The notes below the pieces were generated by a model, which searched no databases, was not told the DNA's origin, and saw only the letters and a list, made by a program, of their open reading frames with translations. A program made the position numbers and the translations under genes. A stretch of DNA of 64,000 nucleotides from Candidatus Levyibacteriota bacterium (GTDB lineage Bacteria > Patescibacteriota > Microgenomatia > Levybacterales > UBA12049), in NCBI GenBank assembly GCA_027334565.1, contig DAHWUP010000002.1:13203-77202 (forward strand), written 5' to 3'. Positions 52,598 to 61,086 of this stretch are shown in pieces (positions within the stretch are counted from its first letter, which is position 1; every line of letters begins with the position of its first letter).

Positions 52598-53530
52598 TTA
52601 TTTATTTCCGCTGTGGAAATTGTGATGGACATCGCGAAGCTGTTTATTGGTGATATGTGTGTAGATCTGGGTGGTGGCAATATTTTTATGTCCGAGCATC
52701 TCCTGTACCGAACGAAGATCCGCACCGTTGGTCAAAAGGTCGGTCGCGAAACTATGCCTTAGCGTATGGACCGTGGCATCAACCGGAATTCGGGCCAACC
52801 GTACATATTTTTTGACGATCCGTTCGACACTCCTCGGCGTTAATCTCATTTTTTCCCCTCCGTCATCTTCGTTAACCGCACCCGAATACCTTATAAACAA
52901 CGGTTTAAATACGTCCTCGCGTTTGTCGAGGTACCGTTTTACCCAATCGGCGGCTCTGTCGGAAATAAATACGATCCTGGCTCTTCCGCCTTTTCCAATC
53001 ACTCCGAACTCGCGTCTGACTAAGTTTATCTGGTCTTGGTTAAGTTTTATCAACTCGGATACCCTTAACCCGGTCGAGAACAACAACTCCAGAATGGCCC
53101 TGTCCCTTAAACCTTCCTCTTTGGAGGTATCACAAACCGTTACCAGACGGTCTATCTGATCCTTTTCCAAAAACTTTAACGACCTTGATTCGGTTTTGGG
53201 TAAATCAATTTTTGAGGGCTCCAGAGTTTTAAAATCGTTTTTGATCAAAAAGCGTAAGAATGACCTTAGGGCTATCACGTAATAGTTCTGTGTCACTCTT
53301 TTTATCGGCTGATTTTTTTCGTCGGTTTTGTTGGCCAAAAAAACGCGATATTTTCGCACGGTGGCAAGATCCAATTCCTCGATATTTTTTTGGGGAAGGG
53401 TAGAGGTAAGCCACCGGTTGAAAACTTCAAGATAATGCCTGTAATCCCGCAGGGTCAACTTGCTGCAGTTTTTTTCAATCTCAAGATATTCCAAGAACTG
53501 ATCGATTAGTCCTGACAATTCTTCATTCAT
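52598..53530 (-). CDS. Xer-family tyrosine recombinase (XerC/XerD-like)
   Basis: LRDRAILELLFSTGLRVSEL, GKGGRAR, HTLRHSFAT, VQEMLGH, TTQIYTH; ATG 53530 preferred. Confidence 0.95.
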   Translation of the reverse strand: MNEELSGLIDQFLEYLEIEKNCSKLTLRDYRHYLEVFNRWLTSTLPQKNIEELDLATVRKYRVFLANKTDEKNQPIKRVTQNYYVIALRSFLRFLIKNDFKTLEPSKIDLPKTESRSLKFLEKDQIDRLVTVCDTSKEEGLRDRAILELLFSTGLRVSELIKLNQDQINLVRREFGVIGKGGRARIVFISDRAADWVKRYLDKREDVFKPLFIRYSGAVNEDDGGEKMRLTPRSVERIVKKYVRLARIPVDATVHTLRHSFATDLLTNGADLRSVQEMLGHKNIATTQIYTHITNKQLRDVHHNFHSGNK

Positions 53531-53575
53531 TGTGCGACGTAATAATATTATGCGACGTATAGATTTGCCTGTCAA
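53530..53575 (-). promoter_or_regulatory. xer promoter overlapped by two direct-repeat dif half-sites
   Basis: TTGACA(53575-53570)-17-CATAAT(53552-53547); TTGTGCGACGT at 53530-53540 and TTATGCGACGT at 53548-53558. Confidence 0.75.
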
Positions 53576-53615
53576 GGTTGACAGAAAGCCCAAAAATCAG
53601 GCATACTGAAATATA

Positions 53616-55142
53616 ATGCGGGATAAATATATCGAATTAATCATCGATTACATCAAAGAACGTCCGGACTACGAACATGCTTTGGACGAGATCAAAAAGG
53701 AGGTTCTGGCACTTGGAGCGACGGAGAACGAATTCGACGAAGCTATGAACCGGATTACCGGCTACGCACCTTCCGATAAGTCACGGGGAGCGGCAGATTT
53801 CATCAGCCAAAACACCGTCCAGCCGGAATTTAAATCCTCAAACCGGGAAAAACTGGTTGAAAAAATTACGGATTTTGTCGATAAGGCGAAAATAATCAGA
53901 CCGACACGGAAATCCGTCGCGGTACTGGCTGTGATATTAATTCTGGTGGTAGGACTAACACAGCTTTTAAAATTCAATAATAATCCTCCAAGCGCGGCCG
54001 TAACCGAAAACCTACCTCAAGTTAGCAGAAGCGAACAGACTCTGGTCCCGGTCGTTTACGCCAGTTCCTTACCGGTCGATGCCGGCAAGATCTTTTCGGT
54101 TCCGTCTCCTTCAAAAATTCAGTTGACCGTAACCGGAAAACCCAAAAAAACTATTTTCGGTTTTTTCCCGTATTGGATGATGGGTGAAGCCGATAATATC
54201 ACCCTGAATACGCTTACCGATGTCAGCATTTTCGGACTTGAAACCGACCAAAACGGAAATATCATGACCGGGGGAAACGACGAAGCGGGCGGCGGCTGGC
54301 AGATGTGGACAGACCCTCTTTTGGACAGATTCATCTCGAGGGCACGGTCATACGGCATTAAAATCAGCCTGACTATCAAGTCATTCAATAATGGCAATAT
54401 TGCAGCTGTTGTAACCTCCGACAACGCCCAAAAAAACCTCATCGCGAATATCCTATATCTTGTGAATTCCAAAAATCTTGACGGGGTCAATATCGATTTT
54501 GAGTACGTCGGAAATCCAAGCCAGACGGTAACGGACGGTTTTACGAGATTTATCACCAACCTGAATACGGAACTTAAGCGGCAAAATCCCAATTCGATAC
54601 TTACTATCGATACTTATCTTGCGTCAGGTTCCGATGACGGACTCTTTGACCTGCCGGCACTGGCTCTTCAAAGTGACGCTTTTATCATCATGGGTTATGA
54701 TATGCATACACCAAAGGGCGATCCCGGACCCGTTTCGGCAATGGGCGGCGATTCCAATATCATCGGCTACGTACAAAATTATCTGGAAAAGGTCAGTCCG
54801 TCAAAGATTATTTTGGCCGTACCATATTACGGTTATGATTGGCCGCAAAACGGAACCAATGACCCCAGCAATGTAAAGATACTGCCATACGCTCTAATCG
54901 CCGACCAGAGCAAGAACCTACAGCTAAATTGGGATACTACCTCCGAAACCCCTTCATTTACCTACAAGGACAGCTCAGGAAACCCCAGAATCGTATATTT
55001 TGACAACGTCAGATCTTTGGGAATTAAATACGATTTTATCAACGAGAAAAACCTAAAAGGCGTCGGAATCTGGGCACTTGGCTACGACGGCAACAATCAG
55101 GACCTTCAGAAACTGTTAATTGATAAATTTATTAACCAATGA
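53616..55142 (+). CDS. membrane-anchored glycoside hydrolase family 18 protein
   Basis: LDGVNIDFEY, IIMGYD, LAVPYYGYDW, GVGIWALG; N-terminal cytoplasmic domain plus TM. Confidence 0.9.
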   Translation: MRDKYIELIIDYIKERPDYEHALDEIKKEVLALGATENEFDEAMNRITGYAPSDKSRGAADFISQNTVQPEFKSSNREKLVEKITDFVDKAKIIRPTRKSVAVLAVILILVVGLTQLLKFNNNPPSAAVTENLPQVSRSEQTLVPVVYASSLPVDAGKIFSVPSPSKIQLTVTGKPKKTIFGFFPYWMMGEADNITLNTLTDVSIFGLETDQNGNIMTGGNDEAGGGWQMWTDPLLDRFISRARSYGIKISLTIKSFNNGNIAAVVTSDNAQKNLIANILYLVNSKNLDGVNIDFEYVGNPSQTVTDGFTRFITNLNTELKRQNPNSILTIDTYLASGSDDGLFDLPALALQSDAFIIMGYDMHTPKGDPGPVSAMGGDSNIIGYVQNYLEKVSPSKIILAVPYYGYDWPQNGTNDPSNVKILPYALIADQSKNLQLNWDTTSETPSFTYKDSSGNPRIVYFDNVRSLGIKYDFINEKNLKGVGIWALGYDGNNQDLQKLLIDKFINQ

Positions 55143-55187
55143 ACAACAATTGACAATAAACAAACGACAATGCTAAGCTAATAAATT

Positions 55188-55859
55188 ATGAGTGACAGAG
55201 ATCAAGAAAATATGCGCCCATCACGGTTGGACACCTTAACCGAGAATTCGGCCGATACCAGAAGATCGGCAGGGTCAGGAATGTTGACCAGAAGAAGAGC
55301 GCTGGCAGGAGCTATTTTAGTGCCAGCCATCGCTTTAGCCGCTACATCCGGACCGGAGTTCGTAAATTCTATCACGAAACCTTTTTCACCGGAAAATTCC
55401 CGCGCCAATTACGTGACGACCGTCGACCAGGATGCCATTATAAGACTTGGGCTTGATGCCAGTAACCACTACGGAGCACTTATTTTCCCCGGCGGTCTTG
55501 ACCAGAACTTGATGGCTGTCTCCGAACAAGGCGGAATCGAAGGAAACCAGATTAAAAGCATAGAGGGAAAACCAGTATTGCCGGGAGCGACGGCCTTTGA
55601 GGTTAAAAACCCCGGTGCCAACGATGAAGGCCAGATGCCGCTTATCGTTACCTTTGAAGACAGCGGCAAAGTCCTGCCTGCCGTTCTGGAGCCGTTATTT
55701 CCCACCAACGGTGAATTGATCCAGCAAGGCAACATTAGAACCGTTAACGGAAGTGTAGAAAGAAATGCACAGGGTCAAAGAACCGAAACCGGAACCGGTT
55801 TGACCGTCGATCAGATCAGTTTCATAACCAGTACCGCATCTCCCTCCGAAACCCATTAA
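55188..55859 (+). CDS. hypothetical exported/anchored protein
   Basis: LTRRRALAGAILVPAIALAA segment; own TTGACA promoter. Confidence 0.7.
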   Translation: MSDRDQENMRPSRLDTLTENSADTRRSAGSGMLTRRRALAGAILVPAIALAATSGPEFVNSITKPFSPENSRANYVTTVDQDAIIRLGLDASNHYGALIFPGGLDQNLMAVSEQGGIEGNQIKSIEGKPVLPGATAFEVKNPGANDEGQMPLIVTFEDSGKVLPAVLEPLFPTNGELIQQGNIRTVNGSVERNAQGQRTETGTGLTVDQISFITSTASPSETH

Positions 55860-56095
55860 AACAAACAATTATCTAACATTTTAACGACCAATTTGGAAAT
55901 TAATGAATTTAGCTTCAAATAGCCTCAAAAATATAAATTATAAATCCCATAGTAGGGGAGTGACAAAAAATCTCTATACCAACTTGAAAAATGGTGTAAT
56001 TAACTAAGCCGGAGTAGAAAGTTTAAGAAATAACAAATATATGAACAAAAAATAGTCAGATTTAAGGTCCTTCCCCCAAGCTTTGAAGCTGGCTG

Positions 56096-56123
56096 GCGTC
56101 GTAAAAGTATTATTGTGCGACGT
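56096..56123. other. putative chromosomal dif site (11-6-11)
   Basis: GCGTCGTAAAA-GTATTA-TTGTGCGACGT; imperfect inverted arms resembling the XerC arm GGTGCGCATAA; non-coding, 2.6 kb from xer, at the point where gene orientation converges. Confidence 0.75.
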
Positions 56124-56802
56124 AATCAATTTCTCTTTCCTGCTGCCATAAGGCAACCAAAAATCCGTAGTCATAAGCGTTGCGCCTTAGGGGAAAGAAG
56201 ACTTAATGCCTGTCTGAAAGCCCGTTACTCTTTTAAACGGTTAAATCAAATGTTTTATTTTATTATTTACCTTAGCGTACCTTTTAAGCAACCCCTACCC
56301 CCGGGATCGGATACTTGTGCCATGTTTAGACTGCCAATACAATCTAATCTCACGAATTTAGCCTCAAAAACGTATATTTTAGCAACCACATTTTCCCGGA
56401 GTATCGAGACCATTCGATCAGATGGCATTCGAGTTTTTTTCGTATAAGTCACAAATATTTATGTCTTCGGTAATTAAACAGGAGAGCATTACTTCCTCCA
56501 TCCGTGAAAAGTCGGCCAAAAAACCCGTGAAAACACACGTAAGTTTTCCACATTGAAGATAAATATATCCTATAATTGTTAATTTATGTCTATATCAAAC
56601 TATATCACTATTTTCTACTTCAAACTGTATCAACCCCTGACTTTATCCGCTACTCCACTTCCCTGTTACAACGATGCCAAGAATAATTTTTCAGGATAAA
56701 CAACAATTTATTAAGATAAATTGTACCGGCATTTATTGGTATTTGAGGCCAAACTATAGATGATCTTATCCAATAATGCCGCGCTTCCCCAGAGCCAGTG
56801 CG

Positions 56803-57642
56803 CTAAACCCAGTTGGTGAACAAAATTAAAAAAATAAAAGAAATTACGGTCAGCCAAAAATACTCAAGCAACACACTCCTAAACAATCGCTTCTCAAACC
56901 AAGCCTGGGTAACCCCGGTAAAAACATAAAAGGTTGAGGTCAGAAATAATGCGGAAACCGTAGGTGAACTTGGACCAAACCATAAAAATAAGGCCACCTC
57001 CAAAAGGCAAGTACTTAGTCCCAAGATCCAGAAGACGTTCGCATGAATTCTTCTATCAAGAGTGTAAACCCAAATAGCTTGCATGACCATCAAAAAAGTG
57101 TATACAAAAATTAATCCTAAAGTTATAAAAACATTGATATGAAAGGAAAAAACAACGTTGGAAATAAAGAAGAACGACAATAGCGACAAAACAAAAGACA
57201 CGGTACGCGCGCTGGACAAAAGCTGTATAGTCCGAATGGCAGAAACCGTAAAAATGTTCTGACTTAAGAAAATCGAATAAAGGCCCAACGCATACAAACT
57301 GGTCATCCCTACCCTGGTAATAAATCTTGCCGGAACCAATAAATAAAACAGGCCGAAACTAAGGGTGTACATAAAAGGTAGAATAAAAACCTGTGGCGTA
57401 AAATTACCCTTCAGATCGGATCGTAAAGAAAAGAATAAAAGTATATCGGTCAAAAACGCCAGGCCTATTACGGTATAAATACCCGACCTTCCCAAGAGAT
57501 ATTCGGCAACGAATAGACCTAAAGACAATAACAATACCGAGAAAATAAACCTTTGTCTTTTACTGATTAGATTTTTGCCGATAAAATTTTTGACTCTTTT
57601 TTTAGAATTACCGACACGTCTGATATTTTTGAAAGTAACCAT
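56803..57642 (-). CDS. polytopic membrane protein
   Basis: About 9 TM segments, NIFTVSAIRTIQLLSSA motif; ATG 57642 immediately after the yebC stop. Confidence 0.8.
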   Translation of the reverse strand: MVTFKNIRRVGNSKKRVKNFIGKNLISKRQRFIFSVLLLSLGLFVAEYLLGRSGIYTVIGLAFLTDILLFFSLRSDLKGNFTPQVFILPFMYTLSFGLFYLLVPARFITRVGMTSLYALGLYSIFLSQNIFTVSAIRTIQLLSSARTVSFVLSLLSFFFISNVVFSFHINVFITLGLIFVYTFLMVMQAIWVYTLDRRIHANVFWILGLSTCLLEVALFLWFGPSSPTVSALFLTSTFYVFTGVTQAWFEKRLFRSVLLEYFWLTVISFIFLILFTNWV

Positions 57643-57643
57643 G

Positions 57644-58366
57644 CTACCCAAGGTTAGTGTAAACTTTCTGCACGTCGTCCATTTCTTCCAAGGCAGATAT
57701 AAAACTATCGATCTTAGAAAGTTTTTCGTGATCGTCAACCGAAACCGTAACCACCGGTTCTCTGATTAAATCTGCTTCTGCAATCTCCAGCCCCTTTGCG
57801 GATAGCGCGTCTTTTATTTTCGAAAGGTCCGACATGGTCGTATAAACAAATACCTCATCCCCTACTTCCTCGATGTCTTCAGCCTGATTATCCAAAGCGA
57901 TCGCAAAAATATCATCAAAAGTATTTGTCCCCTTTTTTACAATGATCCTGCCGATATGTTTAAACTGGTACGAAACCGAACCGGGTTGACCAAAAGAAGC
58001 ATTGGATTTGCTGAAAACATTTTTTACTTCGGAAGTAGTACGCATAGGATTATCGGTTGCTGCCTCAACTATTACCGAAACCCCGCCGGGAGCGAAACCT
58101 TCATAAGTTACTTCGCTTAACTCCCCCGCCGTTTTCTCCGACGCTCTCTTAATTGCCCTCTCGATGTTCTCCTTAGGCATATTTGCAGCTCTAGCCGCAT
58201 CCATGGCAAGTCTTAACCTGAAGTTCGAATTCGGGTCACCGACTCCCCCGCCCTGTTTCACAGCGATAGTGATGGCATTGCCGAGCTTGGTAAAAGTTTT
58301 ACCTCTTTTTTGATCGTTAATGCCCTTTTGTCTTTTAATTTGAGCCCATTTTGAATGTCCAGACAT
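57644..58366 (-). CDS. yebC: YebC/PmpR family protein
   Basis: MSGHSKWAQIKRQK, NMPKENIERAI, YEGFAPGG, DDVQKVYTN. Confidence 0.96.
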   Translation of the reverse strand: MSGHSKWAQIKRQKGINDQKRGKTFTKLGNAITIAVKQGGGVGDPNSNFRLRLAMDAARAANMPKENIERAIKRASEKTAGELSEVTYEGFAPGGVSVIVEAATDNPMRTTSEVKNVFSKSNASFGQPGSVSYQFKHIGRIIVKKGTNTFDDIFAIALDNQAEDIEEVGDEVFVYTTMSDLSKIKDALSAKGLEIAEADLIREPVVTVSVDDHEKLSKIDSFISALEEMDDVQKVYTNLG

Positions 58367-58490
58367 ATAAAAAACCCTAAATTACCAATAAAAACCCGTT
58401 TTTCAATACGAGCACAGTCCATTATACCTTTTCTGTATTGACTTTTGCAATAAAATTATTGTAGAATTCTCAAAAGTTATTATCATAAAA

Positions 58491-59201
58491 ATGACGTTAA
58501 AAACTCAGGCAATTCAAACCGCTTTAAAAGGCAACTGGGAAGAAGCAATTTCGCTAAACAAGTCTCTCATCGACGAAGACCCACAAGATATAGACGCTTT
58601 AAACAGACTGGCACTGGCCTACACTATCACCGGTAACGCAAAAGAAGCGAAATCTTTATACCTTAAGGTGATCGGACTTGATCCTCTAAATGCGATCGCA
58701 CTAAGAAATTTAAGAAAGTTCAAAGAAAAGACTTCTACGCCATCCAACGGATACGCACTTAAACTTATCAATAATAAATTTTTGGAGGAACCGGGAAAAA
58801 CAAAGGTTGTAGAGTTGGTAAATATTGCGCAACCGCATATTACTGAAAATTTAAGAACCGGACAGTCACTTGAACTGTCCATTAAAAGGTTAAAAATCTT
58901 TGTTTCGGAGGATAAACAGTATGTTGGCAGTCTTCCCGACGACATCGCAAGAAGATTGATCAAATTTATTAAGGCAGGAAGCGTTTACGATGCATATGTT
59001 AAATCCGCCAGCGCACATAAAGTCTCCATTTTTATAAAAGAGCTGAAAAAAGCGTCAAGATATAAGGACCAGCCTTCCTTTACGACTCTTTCCGAAAGTC
59101 ATCTGGAATTTGACAAAAACAGTAAAATAAAATCAAGGGTCGAACAGCAGCTCGAGAAAGAAGAGGAACAGGAAGATCCCGCCTTTCAAGAAGAAGAGTG
59201 A
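58491..59201 (+). CDS. tetratricopeptide repeat protein
   Basis: W.EAI..N, DALNRLA.AY, LDPLNAIA; FLEEPGKTK motif. Confidence 0.8.
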   Translation: MTLKTQAIQTALKGNWEEAISLNKSLIDEDPQDIDALNRLALAYTITGNAKEAKSLYLKVIGLDPLNAIALRNLRKFKEKTSTPSNGYALKLINNKFLEEPGKTKVVELVNIAQPHITENLRTGQSLELSIKRLKIFVSEDKQYVGSLPDDIARRLIKFIKAGSVYDAYVKSASAHKVSIFIKELKKASRYKDQPSFTTLSESHLEFDKNSKIKSRVEQQLEKEEEQEDPAFQEEE

Positions 59202-59332
59202 GAAATAATCTTACTTTTGTCTAAGCCCCTTTTTACGTTCTTGACCGAAGGTTTCTCATTCAATTTTCTCGCAGATCTTATTGCGAGTAAAAACGAAAAC
59301 GCCAATAACAAAACGGTTATATCCAAAAACAT
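59186..59332 (-). CDS. putative 48-aa membrane miniprotein
   Basis: MFLDITVLLLAFSFLLAIRSARKLNEKPSVKNVKRGLDKSKIISHSSS*; starts 3 nt after the upstream stop. Confidence 0.55.
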   Translation of the reverse strand: MFLDITVLLLAFSFLLAIRSARKLNEKPSVKNVKRGLDKSKIISHSSS

Positions 59333-59335
59333 ATT

Positions 59336-60124
59336 TTACAAGCTGTTGTCAAAATCCTTTCCGATTACTATTATAACATCTGCTATCCCCCGGCTATCGG
59401 TCTTCTCGACCGGTAAATTAAAGTACGAACTGAGTCTTTGTACCGTATAAGACATTTTTCCGGTATAGATAATCTTCGACATATTCTCGGGTCGGTCGCT
59501 ATTGGTGATAAGTATCGGATTACCTCCGATATTGGATACGAATGCGGCAAATCTGGCACCCAGGCCATTGATATCCGTTGCATTTACCACCTGAATGCTC
59601 AGGTTTTCATCATAAATTGCCGGATCGGTAAATGTAAGTGAGATTAGGGTATTTTTTTGCGAATCGCTTAAGTTGTCGGAATATTCCCTCTGATAAAGCG
59701 AATCGGGAGTAACCGTCCTTGTAAACAGCGCCAGCCTGAGTAAGTCCAAGAAGGTCAACTTTTGTACTGTTTGACCCAATGGTAATTCGGATCTAAATAA
59801 CAGCATAGATAGGTTGTTAACATTTAAATTACCTCTAACTGTTATTTCGCCATCCACGGGTACCTCCAAAGATTTTGCCGGATCTTGATATGTCGTATCT
59901 AATTTTAATTCCGAAATGGAATGCGTCGAAGGAGAAAACGATACGATATCCTGTTCGTTTTTACCCGTAAGCAGGACATTGAATTTATGAGCTCCGTCGA
60001 ACCTGCTTTCCCTTATCACGAAAATGAATTTGATTACGAACGATAAGAATACCAATCCTAAAACAACGGCAATAAATATTCCTGCCAGACGAAGGTTTCC
60101 TTCTTTTATTTTCCTCTTGGGCAT
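59336..60124 (-). CDS. LytR C-terminal domain (LCP-associated) membrane protein
   Basis: N-terminal TM; IQVVNATDINGLG...ADVIIVIGKD. Confidence 0.8.
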   Translation of the reverse strand: MPKRKIKEGNLRLAGIFIAVVLGLVFLSFVIKFIFVIRESRFDGAHKFNVLLTGKNEQDIVSFSPSTHSISELKLDTTYQDPAKSLEVPVDGEITVRGNLNVNNLSMLLFRSELPLGQTVQKLTFLDLLRLALFTRTVTPDSLYQREYSDNLSDSQKNTLISLTFTDPAIYDENLSIQVVNATDINGLGARFAAFVSNIGGNPILITNSDRPENMSKIIYTGKMSYTVQRLSSYFNLPVEKTDSRGIADVIIVIGKDFDNSL

Positions 60125-60129
60125 ATGGT

Positions 60130-60264
60130 TTAGTAGTCTTTTTTCTTTTTTGATACCAATTCTGGCATGGAAAAAACCGGAGCGTTTCCGATGCTCGCTT
60201 TATTTTGTCTGTCTTTCTTGGGTTTTTTCTTGTCTCCTTTATAATATCCGCCGAAACTTCCCAT
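60130..60264 (-). CDS. putative 44-aa Lys-rich small protein
   Basis: MGSFGGYYKGDKKKPKKDRQNKASIGNAPVFSMPELVSKKKKDY*; GGAGGTGA Shine-Dalgarno just upstream. Confidence 0.65.
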   Translation of the reverse strand: MGSFGGYYKGDKKKPKKDRQNKASIGNAPVFSMPELVSKKKKDY

Positions 60265-60333
60265 AAAATCACCTCCGCTGACCTAAATATCGTATCAGGT
60301 AATTAAACTTAAAATCAAGCCCGTATAGCGTTT

Positions 60334-61086
60334 TTAAGACAAATTGGTTTTATTTAAGAGCTCTAAGACCGTCGTAAGTTCCTGCGGTAAATCGGAATTA
60401 AATATTAGCCGTTCCCCGGTCTTGGGATGGTTAAACGATATAGTCTTTGCGTGTAAAAAAATCCTGTCCAAAACTTTACGATCTGCACGGGAAGTTTTTC
60501 TTCCCGCGTATAAAGGATCACCAAAAACAGGATGGTTGAAATACTTAAGGTGCACTCTGATTTGATGTGTTCTGCCTGTTTCAGGGTTAAGTTCCAACAG
60601 CGTAAGTGTTTCGGAATGTTTATTTAATTTAAAGTCATACTCTGCCTCTACACGATATTTAGTAGTCGCTGCCTTACCACCCGCCAAAACACCAAATTTT
60701 TTCCGATTCCAGGGAAGCCTCCCTACGGGAACGTTTATTTCTCCATTTTTAGGATAAACCGACCCGTGCACCAAGGCTACGTAGGTTTTATTTACAAGCC
60801 GTTGTTTAAACTGATCTTGAAGATTAGAAAAGCTGTCGGGGGTTTTGGCAATAACCAACAAGCCGGATGTTTCTTTATCCAACCGATGAACGATTCCGGC
60901 GCGCCTGAAAAAATCAGACTCCCTATCGGAATTAAGCCATTCCTCATTGGAAGAAAACATTTTTTCAATCAGGTCTTGGACCGTCAATTCATTTCTGGTA
61001 GTATCGGCTTTATTTACGGTGATTCCTGCAGGCTTATCGACCACTAAAAGATAATCGTCCTCGAATACTATATTTAGTATTTTCAT
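60334..61086 (-). CDS. RluA/RluD family pseudouridine synthase
   Basis: VDKPAG, IVHRLDKETSG, TGRTHQIRVH, GDPLY, LHA. Confidence 0.95.
   Translation of the reverse strand: MKILNIVFEDDYLLVVDKPAGITVNKADTTRNELTVQDLIEKMFSSNEEWLNSDRESDFFRRAGIVHRLDKETSGLLVIAKTPDSFSNLQDQFKQRLVNKTYVALVHGSVYPKNGEINVPVGRLPWNRKKFGVLAGGKAATTKYRVEAEYDFKLNKHSETLTLLELNPETGRTHQIRVHLKYFNHPVFGDPLYAGRKTSRADRKVLDRIFLHAKTISFNHPKTGERLIFNSDLPQELTTVLELLNKTNLS

Noticed and set aside
56115-56452. 110-aa (plus) and 61-aa (minus) ORFs in the terminus gap
   Set aside because: GTG starts, no promoter at the usual spacing, atypical composition, and one begins inside the dif-like site.
56270-56640. tmRNA on the minus strand (GGGGTTGATAC... 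resembles a tmRNA 5' end)
   Set aside because: No T-arm or acceptor 3' end (GTTCGA...CCACCA) at a suitable distance.
56000-56660. RNase P RNA (CCGGCTTA on the minus strand near 56005)
   Set aside because: No matching GAGGAAAGTCC 5' strand of P4; only loose matches.
56540-56775. oriC (TTTTCCACA, TTATCCGCT, TTATCCAAT)
   Set aside because: Boxes are degenerate and scattered, there is no dnaA/dnaN nearby, and genes converge rather than diverge here.
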